DNA of 64,000 nt from contig JBBRSB010000028.1 in NCBI GenBank assembly GCA_038245785.1, forward strand, positions 1-64,000, in the 5' to 3' direction. The notes beneath the pieces are model-generated. The model made no database searches and was not told the origin of the DNA. It saw only the letters and a program-made list of their open reading frames with translations. Below are positions 18,475-29,321 of this stretch, in pieces; the first letter of the stretch is position 1, and every line of letters starts with the position of its first letter. This DNA is from Gloeobacterales cyanobacterium (lineage in GTDB: Bacteria > Cyanobacteriota > Cyanobacteriia > Gloeobacterales > PMM-0068). The position numbers and the translations under genes are program-made.

Positions 18475-21135
18475 ATGTTGACTTCGCTATCGGGTGCTCA
18501 AATTCGTGAAACGTTCCTTCGGTTCTTTGAGTCCCAAGGCCACCAAAGACTAGCCAGTGCTTCCTTAGTGCCGGAAGACCCAACGGTGATGCTGACCATT
18601 GCTGGGATGCTGCCTTTTAAGCCGATTTTTCTGGGGCAGCGGGAGCCTGATTTTCTCCGTGCTACCACTTCCCAAAAGTGCATTCGCACCAATGATATTG
18701 AGAATGTGGGCCGGACCAAGCGTCACCACACTTTTTTTGAAATGCTAGGCAATTTCAGCTTTGGAGATTATTTCAAGAAAGAAGCGATTCAGTGGGCCTG
18801 GCAGCTGATCACTCAAGAATTTAAGGTGCCGCCCGAGCATTTGGTGGTCAGCATTTTTGAAGAGGATGATGAAGCCGAAGCTATTTGGCGGGATGTAGTG
18901 GGTGTTTCTCCCAAGCGCATTATCCGCATGGGAGCCGCTGATAATTTCTGGGAATCTGGACCGACGGGACCTTGTGGGCCTTGCTCCGAAATTTATTTTG
19001 ATTTCAAACCAGAAGCTGGAGATGACCACATCGATCTCGAAGATGACGACCGCTTTCTCGAAATCTATAACCTGGTCTTCATGGAGAAAAATAAGGATAC
19101 CCAAGGGCGTCTGACGGAGCTTCCGAAGAAAAATATTGATACCGGCATGGGCCTAGAGCGAATGGCCCAGGTGCTCCAACAAGTAGATAACAACTACGAA
19201 ACGGACCTCCTGTTCCCGATTGTGCAGAAAGCAGGATTGTTGGCCGATATAGAATACGAAACCGCCAGCGAAACCCAGAAACGGGCGATGAAAGTAATCG
19301 GCGACCACATGCGGGCCGTGGTGCATCTGATTGCCGATGGCGTTATCCCTTCCAATCTCAAGCGCGGTTATATCCTACGAAGATTACTACGTCGGGCGAT
19401 TCGCTATGGCAGACAGCTGGGAATTGCCAGACCCTTTACGCCTGAGTTAGCGCAGGTTGTGATTGATGGCGCTTCCGATGTGTACCCTCAACTCCTGCAA
19501 AAACAAAGTTGGATTATGCAAAATCTCCAACTGGAAGAGCGTCAGTTTGGTCAGACCCTGGAACGGGGAGAGCGCCTTCTGCAAGAATTGATGGCGCGTA
19601 ATAGCGATAGCAAACTGATTGCCGGTCAAGAGGCTTTTGATCTCTATACGACCTATGGTTTCCCAGTGGAACTGACGCTGGAAATCGCTGAGGAGCAGGA
19701 CTTCACCGTTGATTTGGCAGAATGTGAACGGCTGATTGCTGAATTCAACCAAAGCAGCAGTGGAGAAGAGTTTGCCATTGACCTAACCAAGGCAGCGCAA
19801 GGGGAACTAACGGGCCTTGCGAAAACCGAATTCATTGGCTACGAGCAGCTAACCGCGCCCGCAAACATCTTGGCTTTATTGGATCCGAAGTCCTCTAGCC
19901 TAAAACAGGCAGAAGCAGGGCAGGAAATCCAGGTAATTTTGGACCAGACTCCGTTCTATGCGGAATCTGGCGGTCAAGTGGGAGACCAGGGCTATCTGTC
20001 TGGGACCCATGTTGTGGCGCGTGTCTTGGATGTCCAGAAGCAGGGAGATATATTCCTCCATCGTGCTCGAGTAGAACGAGGAATCTTGACGGAGGGGGAT
20101 TCGGTCACGGCGCAAGTGGATAGTGCCCATCGAAGACGGGCCCAGGCTCATCACACGGCTACGCACTTATTGCAGGCCGCCCTCAAAAAAGTAGTGGACG
20201 AAAACATCGCCCAAGCGGGTTCTTTAGTCGCTCCCGACCGCCTGCGCTTTGACTTTAACTGTCCTCGTGCACTGACGGAAGCAGAAATCCATGAAGTCGA
20301 AACCACGATCAATCAGTGGATTGTTGAAGCTCATCGCCTAGATATCCAGGTGATGCCTTTGGCCCAGGCTAAGGAAAAAGGAGCCGTAGCCAATTTCGGA
20401 GATAAATACGGCAATGTGGTGCGGGTGATTGATATGCCCGGTGTCAGCATGGAACTGTGTGGAGGAACCCATGTTGGCAACACGGTAGAATTGGGCCTGT
20501 TCAAAATCGTCAGTGAATCAGGTGTAGCTGCCGGTATTCGGCGAATTGAAGCGGTATCTGGCATGGGCGCTTTTGAATACCTTTCCGTTCGCGACCAGGT
20601 AACTAAAACCTTGGCGCAAGAACTGAAAGTACCCGTGGAAGAGTTACCTCAGCGGATGACAGCGCTACAGGCTGAACTGCGGCAAGCGCAAAAGACGATT
20701 GAACAGCTCAAGGGACAAATGGCCATTTTCCAGGCGGATGGGCTGCTCACTCAAGTTGAAATAATCAATGGCCATAAAGTCTTGGTTGCTTCTTTAGGAG
20801 ACACCGACCCAGAAAGCCTAAAAGTTGCAGCAGAACGCCTCCTCCAAAAGATGGGAGCAGGAGCCGTTTTCTTGGGTTCAACGCCTCAAGGGAAAGTCTC
20901 TCTGGTGGCGAATTTCAGTCCAGAAGTGGTGGCAACAGGATTGCAAGCGGGAAAATTCATCGGCACGATTGCCAAAATCTGTGGCGGCGGTGGCGGTGGC
21001 AGGCCCAACTTTGCCCAAGCAGGAGGGAAAGATCCAGACAAACTGGCTGAAGCGCTAACCCAGGCAAAGGTGGACCTAAAAATGCATCTCCAGTTTGGCA
21101 ATCAAACGGTTAAGAAGCCTATCGATTTAATGTGA
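18475..21135 (+). CDS. alaS: Alanine--tRNA ligase
   Basis: [33 protein letters not shown] and GGGGGG motifs. Confidence 0.99.
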   Translation: MLTSLSGAQIRETFLRFFESQGHQRLASASLVPEDPTVMLTIAGMLPFKPIFLGQREPDFLRATTSQKCIRTNDIENVGRTKRHHTFFEMLGNFSFGDYFKKEAIQWAWQLITQEFKVPPEHLVVSIFEEDDEAEAIWRDVVGVSPKRIIRMGAADNFWESGPTGPCGPCSEIYFDFKPEAGDDHIDLEDDDRFLEIYNLVFMEKNKDTQGRLTELPKKNIDTGMGLERMAQVLQQVDNNYETDLLFPIVQKAGLLADIEYETASETQKRAMKVIGDHMRAVVHLIADGVIPSNLKRGYILRRLLRRAIRYGRQLGIARPFTPELAQVVIDGASDVYPQLLQKQSWIMQNLQLEERQFGQTLERGERLLQELMARNSDSKLIAGQEAFDLYTTYGFPVELTLEIAEEQDFTVDLAECERLIAEFNQSSSGEEFAIDLTKAAQGELTGLAKTEFIGYEQLTAPANILALLDPKSSSLKQAEAGQEIQVILDQTPFYAESGGQVGDQGYLSGTHVVARVLDVQKQGDIFLHRARVERGILTEGDSVTAQVDSAHRRRAQAHHTATHLLQAALKKVVDENIAQAGSLVAPDRLRFDFNCPRALTEAEIHEVETTINQWIVEAHRLDIQVMPLAQAKEKGAVANFGDKYGNVVRVIDMPGVSMELCGGTHVGNTVELGLFKIVSESGVAAGIRRIEAVSGMGAFEYLSVRDQVTKTLAQELKVPVEELPQRMTALQAELRQAQKTIEQLKGQMAIFQADGLLTQVEIINGHKVLVASLGDTDPESLKVAAERLLQKMGAGAVFLGSTPQGKVSLVANFSPEVVATGLQAGKFIGTIAKICGGGGGGRPNFAQAGGKDPDKLAEALTQAKVDLKMHLQFGNQTVKKPIDLM

Positions 21136-22123
21136 AGTCCCGATAGGTAGAACCCCAGCTGTTGTTGCCATTGTCGTTGGGCGTACCGTCTATATTCAGG
21201 AGGGCATCCAAGTCTGTGCCGTCATATTTCCAGAACCAAGCAGAGACGGTACTTTGCTGAGTGCGTGCGGCAGCGAGGAAGTTCGCGGGATTCATAATCT
21301 CAGCGGTATTGAAGGGGCCTACTTCTCCAAACAGCATAGATAGCCCAGCCGTTTTTACGCTCTGTATACGACTTTCTACGGAAGGTTGTGTATCTCGGAG
21401 CCATTTTTCATAGGCATGGATATCAAAGCCAACATTGGTGCGTCCTGACAGCAAGGAAGGGCCGCGAGCGAGGAGAACTGATTCATCCTGCCCCGTTTCT
21501 GCTCCAGGGACCAGAACAATATTCGTTGCTCCTGTACTACGGATATTATCAACCATCGCTTTCATATCGCTCAGCCAAAGAGCATCAGAATAACCATGGG
21601 AGCGGTCGTACCAATAGGGTTCATTCCAAACTTCAAGCCAGACATCGGGTTGATTTTTAAACTGCTTAGCAATCGCTCGATACTTGGTCTTATAGCTTAC
21701 CCACCAGGAAGTTTGTGATGGATTTTGGCCTACGAATTCTGTAGCCGCAGAGCCATCCCAGCCGAAGGGACAAAGAATCGTCACTTTGCCGTTGGCGCGA
21801 TTGTCATTGACAATATTTTGGAGTGAATAAAGATAGGTTCCGCCCACATTGACGGGATAGCCCGTGAGAGGAGTATCGCGCATATTACCGATAAACTCGC
21901 GGACAATATCCACATTCCAACTATTCATATCACTACTATTTCCTCCAAATACATGCATAGCATTGGCTCCCCGCCAGGAGGTAGATACTCCATTCTTCTG
22001 AAAAGTGTTACCAACAACCGTATATGTACTCGCAGTTTGAGCTAGAGCTACTTGGGCATTCAGTACTGTACAAAGGCTAAAACACAATAACAGTGAGCTT
22101 TTTAAAGAAATAAAACATTTCAT
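21119..22123 (-). CDS. Secreted GH5 (cellulase/mannanase-type) glycoside hydrolase
   Basis: Signal peptide; EVWNEP acid/base, HAY and FGEVG nucleophile; start ATG 22123. Confidence 0.85.
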   Translation of the reverse strand: MKCFISLKSSLLLCFSLCTVLNAQVALAQTASTYTVVGNTFQKNGVSTSWRGANAMHVFGGNSSDMNSWNVDIVREFIGNMRDTPLTGYPVNVGGTYLYSLQNIVNDNRANGKVTILCPFGWDGSAATEFVGQNPSQTSWWVSYKTKYRAIAKQFKNQPDVWLEVWNEPYWYDRSHGYSDALWLSDMKAMVDNIRSTGATNIVLVPGAETGQDESVLLARGPSLLSGRTNVGFDIHAYEKWLRDTQPSVESRIQSVKTAGLSMLFGEVGPFNTAEIMNPANFLAAARTQQSTVSAWFWKYDGTDLDALLNIDGTPNDNGNNSWGSTYRDFTLNR

Positions 22124-22224
22124 AATCTTCTCCGCACAAATCTCAATTAAGTATATATATACGGATAAATCAGTTGACTTTCCCTTATACAAGCTTCATA
22201 GAAGATAGAACGTGTGTGTCATAG

Positions 22225-22296
22225 AACCCCCGGCTATCGCTGTCCCCCACCCTCCGGGAAGGCTACGCCTAGTGGCAAGGGGGACTATAGGGGGTC
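22225..22296. repeat. Hairpin repeat with nested short insert
   Basis: CACCCTCCGGGAAGGCTACGCCTA (22248-22271) resembles the reverse complement of 95-120. Confidence 0.7.
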
Positions 22297-22431
22297 TTAT
22301 AAATTTCATCTAGCTACTTATTCGCAAAAACTGGATAGACGGTGTACCTGATTTTTGGATATTTCAGATGCAGTTAAAGCTTCTGAAATCTTGTTAGCTT
22401 AAGCTTATTAGCTCAGATAGGAAGATGTAGC

Positions 22432-23760
22432 GTGTTGTTCATGCCGATTGTATTGGCTGCAGGAGCTTCAGCCGGTGGCTCTCAAATCCTGGCGGCCGTC
22501 CTGTTGAGCCTTTTGATTATCTATGTCGCCAGTAAAGTTGGCGGTGAAATAAGTGTGCGGATTGGCTTGCCAGCGGTTTTGGGAGAACTGGTCGCAGGAG
22601 TCCTCGTCGGTGTCTCCGTGTTGGGCCTCTTGGTATTTCCCAGTAGGGGGGGTTCTACTTCGGGTGTAATGGAATTCATCCGCTGGACCGCTGGCCTGAA
22701 CGCGGACCAAGCCCAGAAAGTTTTTCAGACTCAGGGGGAAGTGCTAAACGTACTGGCTGAACTGGGTGTGATTATCCTGCTCTTTGAAGTCGGCCTGGAA
22801 TCGGATCTCAGGGCTTTGTTTAAGGTCGGTCCTCAAGCTGCCGCAGTAGCCGTAGTAGGCGTAGCCGTGCCTTTTGTGCTAGGGACAGGCGCTCTACTCT
22901 TGCTCTTCAAGGTACCTTTGATTGCGGCTGTTTTTGCTGGAGCCGCTTTAACGGCTACGAGTATTGGCATCACGGCCCGAGTCCTTTCTGAACTGGGCCG
23001 ATTGAATTCTACGGAAGGACAGATTATTGTTGGCGCTGCCATTCTCGATGACATTCTGGGCATTATCATCCTGGCTGTGGTGGTGGGCTTAGCCGATAGG
23101 GGCGAAGTTTCTATAGGCCGTATTGCTTATGTCACCGTAGCCGCTGGTGGATTTTTAATCGGGGCCATTTTTATCGGTCGGTTGACAGCTCCCTTCTTCC
23201 TCTGGTTGGTAGAACGACTGAGGACCCGTGGCGACTTGCTGATTTCCTCTTTGGTCTTTGCCTTTGCGCTAGCCCTGGCCGCCAATGTGATTGGTTCTGA
23301 GGCGATTCTGGGAGCTTTTGCGGCGGGGGCTGTTTTGGCAGAAACGGACAAGGGAGAAGACCTAAAGCTCCAGCTAACGCCCGTGGCGGATGTATTTATC
23401 CCGATCTTTTTTGTTGCCGTTGGCGCTAAGACCAACTTGGGCGTGCTCAATCCTGCGATAGAAGCAAATCGAGAAGGATTGGTAATTGCTTCCGTCTTGG
23501 TATTAATTGCCATTCTCGGGAAAGTCATAGCTGGCTATGCAGCTTTTGGTGGAGGAATCAACCGTTTGGCCGTTGGCGTAGGGATGATTCCTAGAGGCGA
23601 AGTGGGGCTCGTTTTTGCTGGGGTAGGAACTAGTAGTGGAGTTCTTAGTCCTGCTTTGGATGCGGCCCTGATTGTCATGGTGATCATCACAACTTTTATT
23701 GCCCCTCCCTTGCTCAGAATAGTTTTTCAACGAGAGATCCCCCGCTCTCCCCTTAACTAG
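22432..23760 (+). CDS. CPA2 Na+/H+ antiporter (NhaS3-like)
   Basis: Polytopic; ATSIGIT, GAAILDD and GMIPRGEVG motifs. Confidence 0.92.
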   Translation: MLFMPIVLAAGASAGGSQILAAVLLSLLIIYVASKVGGEISVRIGLPAVLGELVAGVLVGVSVLGLLVFPSRGGSTSGVMEFIRWTAGLNADQAQKVFQTQGEVLNVLAELGVIILLFEVGLESDLRALFKVGPQAAAVAVVGVAVPFVLGTGALLLLFKVPLIAAVFAGAALTATSIGITARVLSELGRLNSTEGQIIVGAAILDDILGIIILAVVVGLADRGEVSIGRIAYVTVAAGGFLIGAIFIGRLTAPFFLWLVERLRTRGDLLISSLVFAFALALAANVIGSEAILGAFAAGAVLAETDKGEDLKLQLTPVADVFIPIFFVAVGAKTNLGVLNPAIEANREGLVIASVLVLIAILGKVIAGYAAFGGGINRLAVGVGMIPRGEVGLVFAGVGTSSGVLSPALDAALIVMVIITTFIAPPLLRIVFQREIPRSPLN

Positions 23761-23837
23761 GTGTAGAGGAATGGTAAGCAATCTATTGCAACCTTGAACT
23801 TCCATACTCACTTAATAACTCATGTCCATCTGGATAA

Positions 23838-24506
23838 ATTGCATACAAAAATAAAATCCTGCGAACCAACGCAAAGTATTCTAAAGAGCGGAGTCTAGAT
23901 ATCAAAACACTGAAACCACATTTATTGAGAGTGTTCACAGACATCATTAGAAATGTGAAAGATGCTCCAATGCCAATAGAACGAGATGACGTGCAATTTC
24001 TCTTTTGTGGTTATTCTTGGCTTTCAAAGTCATTCGAAATTTGGACTATTTACTATTCTGAAAAAGATAAACAATTTGCAGCAAGACCAGCTAAAAATAT
24101 GCATCCCATGATGGGACAAGTTGCATTTATTGGCGATGTAGCTAAAAAAGCCAGAGCAGAATTTATAAAACAATTAAATTCATACGATGGAAAAAAACCT
24201 TTACATTTCGAGTTTGAGCCGTTTAAGATTTTGCGTGACATGCTGCGCGCTGCCGACTCCACTTCAACTATTGGTGGTGCTCCACAATTAGTTAGGATCG
24301 CAGAGCACATGAATACGAGAACGCTCGGAGTCAAATGGACTTGTGGAAATGAGTCATACACAACGATTATGGGTCGTCGTATTTTTGACTATGAAAATAC
24401 TGATAATTTGATCGTTGACCCAGTAAAAATCCGTACCGTCTAGGCCACGTTCAAACTACAGGGTCGATTTTCCAAGGCATTAGCCAGTGAAGAACTGCGC
24501 GCCTAA
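23838..24506 (+). pseudogene. 5'-truncated AT-rich foreign gene fragment
   Basis: Frame open from 23838 with no ATG near its 5' end; TAG at 24441-24443 followed by 20 more in-frame codons to TAA 24504-24506. Confidence 0.5.
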
Positions 24507-24584
24507 CAAATCAATGGTAAAAATCTCCTGCCTCTCATCGCGATCTGCGCAATGTGTGTAAAATCACTGGGGAGCAGGAATGAG

Positions 24585-25511
24585 ATGACACGCACACCGC
24601 ATGACCAGTTTGCAAAGCAATGTATGTCAGGGTTTCTAGAACCTTTTGGAAAGCCTCTGGTCAGTCGAGAAATTACTAGTGAAGTCCGTCAGGTGGATGT
24701 CTGGTTTGAACCCAATCCGGCCAGTGCTGCAGAAGCACGACAGGTTTTAGGTCTTTTGGGCCGGATGGTGGAAGGCCCCTGTCTAATAGAACCCTTTCGA
24801 AATCTAGTCCAAGCCGTGGATGTGCGCGGTTGTCTGGGAAAGCTGTTGGATGTAGAGATAGAGCTACTTCGGCAAGCAAAGCGCCAGAAGATCCCATTAC
24901 CGGACTCAGATTTACCCAGATTGTGGATTTTGGCCCCTACGGTTTCAAAGAGCGTATGGCAGGGGTTTGGGGCCGTTGAAAAAGAGGATTGGTCCAATGG
25001 CGTGTACTTTCTGTCAGCTCATCTGGGCTGTGCTTTAGTCTGTATTCACCAGCTCCCTGTCAGTGCAGATACACTATGGTTGAGGTTATTGGGCCGGGGC
25101 ACAGTCCAGAGTCAGGCAGTGACAGAACTGGTAGCCCTCCCTGCAGAGCATCCGTTCAGACGCCATACCTTGGAGTGGTCCCCGAGCGGGGTCGAGGGGC
25201 AGTTAGCAAACTTGCGCGTATCGTTGCAGGCGCGTCAAAATTTAAATAAGGATGAAAGGGGATTAATCATGAGTTTGTCACCCGTCTATGAGCGTTGGAA
25301 AGAAGAGACTTTACTAAAGGGAGAACAGGAACGGAGCCGAAAACTACTGGAAGCTGCCTTAGCTAGTCGGTTTGGGGCTGTGGACGCAGAAATGGCTAGT
25401 CTTATCCCAGCAATGGCTCAGCTTTCGGATGCAGAGCTTGCCGGGTTGATGCTACAGCTGGCGCAGCTATCCCGTGAGGAGTTACTAGAGCGCTTTGGCA
25501 GTCGCAACTAG
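24585..25511 (+). CDS. Cyanobacterial Rpn/DUF4351-like (PD-(D/E)XK-type) hypothetical protein
   Basis: MTRTPHDQFAKQ..EVRQVDVWF..EPFRN..TLWLRLLGRG family pattern. Confidence 0.75.
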   Translation: MTRTPHDQFAKQCMSGFLEPFGKPLVSREITSEVRQVDVWFEPNPASAAEARQVLGLLGRMVEGPCLIEPFRNLVQAVDVRGCLGKLLDVEIELLRQAKRQKIPLPDSDLPRLWILAPTVSKSVWQGFGAVEKEDWSNGVYFLSAHLGCALVCIHQLPVSADTLWLRLLGRGTVQSQAVTELVALPAEHPFRRHTLEWSPSGVEGQLANLRVSLQARQNLNKDERGLIMSLSPVYERWKEETLLKGEQERSRKLLEAALASRFGAVDAEMASLIPAMAQLSDAELAGLMLQLAQLSREELLERFGSRN

Positions 25512-25529
25512 CCATAAATAAAGTGCAGG

Positions 25530-26360
25530 CTACTGTGCTTGCAAAAGCCAAAATCCTGTAATCGCTTCATCCTCTTCTGACGCTTGGACAGCGATGAAGT
25601 GTAAACCCTGAAACTTAGCCATCCGTTCGACAAATTGACGGGCAGACATTTTCATTTCAGCATCTTCAAAGGTAGCCAGAATCCAACGTTCTTCGGCATC
25701 GGTTTCTAGCATGATGGCCCCGGAATCTGATTCGACATAGCTTAGGGCGGCAGGGCCTTGCTCCTCTAGCCAGCGAGCCAGGAGTTTGGCCTCTTTTCGG
25801 ATTAAAAAAAGACCAGGGATCACCGCTGTGGTCGGCCAGTCCAGCCAATCTTCCTTCCAAAAAGGAATTTCGCCATAGGGGATGGACACCTTGCGCAATA
25901 GAGAGAGTTCCGAAGCAGGCAAAGCGCTAAATCCCCAACGTTCTGGCAGGAGTTCTTCAGGACAGGCCACGGGAACGGGACGTTTGACTGGATGACTCTT
26001 GGCGGGAGGGCTATATCCTGGCATAGAAGGATATACCTGTTGTTGCCGATGGACTAACCAGCGTTGGATAGCAATAGCCCGCTGGGTTTTCCTTAAAGGG
26101 ATGAAAAGAGTCTGACAGGCTGGTTCGGCCAGATTAAAACTAGCTGTACGAAAAACGCGGATTTCTAACGGATTCCCTTCTCTTTGAGCAATCAGGTCTT
26201 TGAGCTGTATCTGAATCCAATCGGCATTTACTTGGGCAGCAGTACAGAACTTATTCAAAAGGCTCTGTCCATCGGAAGTGCAAACGAGTAGCTCCCAGAG
26301 AGGCTTTTGGTCATCGCCAATCACGGGACTGCGGTATATATCCAATTCCCAAGATTCCAT
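25530..26360 (-). CDS. Tab2/Atab2-family RNA-binding protein (DUF1092)
   Basis: WELD.Y..P..WELLVC, GLHFIAVQ and GFWLL motifs. Confidence 0.9.
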   Translation of the reverse strand: MESWELDIYRSPVIGDDQKPLWELLVCTSDGQSLLNKFCTAAQVNADWIQIQLKDLIAQREGNPLEIRVFRTASFNLAEPACQTLFIPLRKTQRAIAIQRWLVHRQQQVYPSMPGYSPPAKSHPVKRPVPVACPEELLPERWGFSALPASELSLLRKVSIPYGEIPFWKEDWLDWPTTAVIPGLFLIRKEAKLLARWLEEQGPAALSYVESDSGAIMLETDAEERWILATFEDAEMKMSARQFVERMAKFQGLHFIAVQASEEDEAITGFWLLQAQ

Positions 26361-26393
26361 GACGTTCTCAGATGCTTCCGTTCAGCTTAGACC

Positions 26394-26540
26394 TTAATGA
26401 GTTCTCAACCATAGGTAGGAGCTAACTAAGAGAGCAGTAACCCCTGCCATGAGGATCATAAAGGCGCAGTACAGGGAGCCTGCGGTGACGAGATAGGAAC
26501 GAAAGTCTAGGGTCGTGGGATTTTCAAATAAGCTATTCAT
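26394..26540 (-). CDS. Small single-TM membrane protein (48 aa), absent from the ORF track
   Basis: MNSLFENPTTLDFRSYLVTAGSLYCAFMILMAGVTALLVSSYLWLRTH; strong GAGGAGGAGG SD. Confidence 0.7.
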   Translation of the reverse strand: MNSLFENPTTLDFRSYLVTAGSLYCAFMILMAGVTALLVSSYLWLRTH

Positions 26541-26558
26541 CGTGTAAACCTCCTCCTC

Positions 26559-26918
26559 TTAGGAGTCCGGTAAAGCCACCCAGATACTCCCCTCTTGCAC
26601 ACGGGTAGGAAAAATAGTGAGGACGTGTGGTTGGGATATTTTACCGAGCACCGGCCCTATCCCTGGGGGCCAGGGGCACCAGATCTTGACATCTCCACTT
26701 TGCAAGTCAAAAGCACTGTGGTGCCAAGGACAAACAATAGCTCCGTCTGCGGTTATCTCACCTCCTTTCAAAGGTAATTTAAGATGCGGACAAGCCTTAT
26801 CCATGGCATAAATTTGGTTAGCGTGCTGGAGTAAAAGAATCTCTTGATTGCCGACTTTTATAACCTTGCGCTGGCCTTGAGCTAATTCGTTTTCAGGAAG
26901 AGCCTGGACCCAGTTCAT
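26559..26918 (-). CDS. Rieske [2Fe-2S] ferredoxin-like protein
   Basis: CPH..CPWH ligands. Confidence 0.92.
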   Translation of the reverse strand: MNWVQALPENELAQGQRKVIKVGNQEILLLQHANQIYAMDKACPHLKLPLKGGEITADGAIVCPWHHSAFDLQSGDVKIWCPWPPGIGPVLGKISQPHVLTIFPTRVQEGSIWVALPDS

Positions 26919-27242
26919 AAGTGCCTCCCTTCTATTGGCAAGTCTTTAATGTATTAGTTAACAAATATAGCAAGTTGCACTTTATTTATAGCGCGCAAAG
27001 TAATAAGTAGATGGCATCGACCTGAAGAGCTAGCCCCAGTGTTACTTTTCTTAATTTGATGTCCAAATAAATGTCAACTTTTATGGAGTTGATCCGTAAA
27101 ACAGGATACGCTCACGGATATAGGAAAGGCGGGTCTGCGCCGCCTCATGCTGCACAGGGGAATCCAGAAAATAGTGAATAGGGGTGTGTAACCAGTATCC
27201 CCCGATTAAAGCTGAGTTTTCTTTACTTGTGGTGGTGAACCT

Positions 27243-29282
27243 ATGAATGCACAAGAAGTTTCCAGAGTCCGCAATATTGCCCTTGTTGGCCCGTATTTAA
27301 GCGGGAAAACGACTCTCTTAGAAAGTCTTTTATATGTGACGGGAGCGATTACCCGCAAAGGCTCGGTAAAAGATAAAAATACAGTAGGGGATGGGGTTCC
27401 AGAAGCCCGCGACCATCAGATGGGCGTTGAAGTTACAGCAGCTTCTACCACCTATGAAGATATCCGTTTTACCTTTTTGGATTGTCCTGGCTCCGTAGAA
27501 TTTGCGCAGGAAACCTACCATTCCCTTGTGGGCGTAGATGCAGCAGTGGTGGTCTGTGAACCAGAAGCGGAGCGAGTTCTAACTTTAGCTCCGCTTTTTA
27601 AATTCCTCGATGATTGGGAAATCCCCCACCTCATCTTCATTAATAAAATGGACCGAGCAAATGCAGAATTCATGGATGTACTCCAGGCCTTGAAGACAGT
27701 TTCCAGTCGTCCTCTTGTATTACAACAATTTCCGATTGGTAAAGGTGATCACCTGGTTGGATTTATCGATTTGGTAACGGAGCAAGCCTATCAGTATCAT
27801 CCGGGGCAAGCAGCGGCTCCAATCCCCTTACCCGATGGATTAAGAGAACAAGAGCATGGTGCACGGGTGGAAATGTTAGAAGCCCTGGCTGATTTTGATG
27901 ACCATCTTTTAGAAGAGCTGATCGAAGAAATCGACCCCCCAAAAGAAGAGATTATCAAAGACCTGAAAATGGAACTGGGTGCGGATCTGATCGTGCCTGT
28001 ATTCCTGGGCGTAGCCGAGCAAGAATACGGGATTCGTCCTCTACTGAATGCCCTCTTGCGGGAAGCTCCTGATGCGATAGAGACGGCGCAGCGGCGAGGT
28101 TTATCGACGACTCGTGAGACTCCTCTGGTTCAAGTCCTCAAAACCTATGTCACACCCAATGGCGGTAAGCAGTCCTTAGTCCGGGTTTGGCAGGGAACGG
28201 TCAAAGATGGTATTTCGCTGAATGAGGTGCGGGTCGGGGGTGTTTACCGTTTGATGGGACAGCAGCAAAGTAGCTTGGGGACTGCAGAGGCAGGTGAAAT
28301 CGTTGCCCTGGGTCGCTTAGAAGGGATTAAAACAGGCGATACCCTATCTGATTCGAAAACCTTCAAAAGGCTACCAAGCGCGGAAGTGCCCACCCCTGTC
28401 TATGCCTTAGCGCTGATTCCAGAAAAGCGCAGTGATGAAGTCAAAGTCAGTAGCGCCCTGGGTAAATTGCTGGAAGAAGACCCATCTCTTACCTGGGAGC
28501 AGCACGGTGACACTCATGAAATCATCCTCTGGGGCCAGGGAGAAATTCATTTGCAAGTGGCCCTAGAACGTTTACGGCGCAAATACAACCTGTCGATGAA
28601 TACCCATCTACCGCAAGTGCCGTACAAAGAGACTATCCGCAAACCCTCTTCCGTGCGTGGGCGCTATAAGCACCAAACGGGAGGGCACGGGCAGTTTGGA
28701 GACGTTCATTTAGATATCAAACCGTTGCCCCGTGGCACAGGCTTCTCCTTCGCGGAAACGATCGTGGGTGGAGTTGTTCCCCGTCAATACATTCCTGGGG
28801 TAGAAACAGGAGTACGGGATTCTTTAGGTCATGGCCCCCTTGGATTTCCCGTGGTCGATCTTTCCGTCACCTTGACCAATGGTTCCTACCACTCTGTAGA
28901 CAGTTCTGAGCAAGCCTTTAAACAAGCTGCTCGGATTGCGATGCAGGAGGGCATGCCCCAATGTGAACCTGTCCTCTTGGAGCCAATTATCCAGATTACG
29001 GTTTCCATTCCTACGAATTTCACCTCCAATGTTCTCCGGTTGTTGACGGGGCGGAGAGGGCAAATTTTGGGTTACGAAGCCAAGCCTGATTGGAACGGTT
29101 GGGACCAAGTGGTAGCCCATTTGCCTCAAGCAGAAATGCACGACTTTATTGTGGAGCTGCGCTCTCTAACGTTTGGAGTCGGTTTCTTTCAATGGCAGCA
29201 TGACCACCTGCAAGAAGTGCCTGAAAAGATTGTGGAGAAGATTCTGACGACCACGCCTAGTAACGGGAATGGCAGCCGCTAG
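27243..29282 (+). CDS. Elongation factor G-like paralog (EF-G2)
   Basis: GPYLSGKT, DCPG, NKMD, GQGEIHL and KHQTGGHGQ; five-domain EF-G layout. Confidence 0.92.
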   Translation: MNAQEVSRVRNIALVGPYLSGKTTLLESLLYVTGAITRKGSVKDKNTVGDGVPEARDHQMGVEVTAASTTYEDIRFTFLDCPGSVEFAQETYHSLVGVDAAVVVCEPEAERVLTLAPLFKFLDDWEIPHLIFINKMDRANAEFMDVLQALKTVSSRPLVLQQFPIGKGDHLVGFIDLVTEQAYQYHPGQAAAPIPLPDGLREQEHGARVEMLEALADFDDHLLEELIEEIDPPKEEIIKDLKMELGADLIVPVFLGVAEQEYGIRPLLNALLREAPDAIETAQRRGLSTTRETPLVQVLKTYVTPNGGKQSLVRVWQGTVKDGISLNEVRVGGVYRLMGQQQSSLGTAEAGEIVALGRLEGIKTGDTLSDSKTFKRLPSAEVPTPVYALALIPEKRSDEVKVSSALGKLLEEDPSLTWEQHGDTHEIILWGQGEIHLQVALERLRRKYNLSMNTHLPQVPYKETIRKPSSVRGRYKHQTGGHGQFGDVHLDIKPLPRGTGFSFAETIVGGVVPRQYIPGVETGVRDSLGHGPLGFPVVDLSVTLTNGSYHSVDSSEQAFKQAARIAMQEGMPQCEPVLLEPIIQITVSIPTNFTSNVLRLLTGRRGQILGYEAKPDWNGWDQVVAHLPQAEMHDFIVELRSLTFGVGFFQWQHDHLQEVPEKIVEKILTTTPSNGNGSR

Positions 29283-29286
29283 CTTA

Positions 29287-29316
29287 TTGCAAATAATTCT
29301 CAAGTAGTGATACTAT
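29287..29316 (+). promoter_or_regulatory. Fur-box-like site overlapping a sigma70-type promoter
   Basis: TGCAAAT-A-ATTCTCA (12/14 to TGAGAAT-N-ATTCTCA) at 29288-29302; -35 TTGCAA; extended -10 TGaTACTAT. Confidence 0.6.
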
Positions 29317-29321
29317 TTGAG

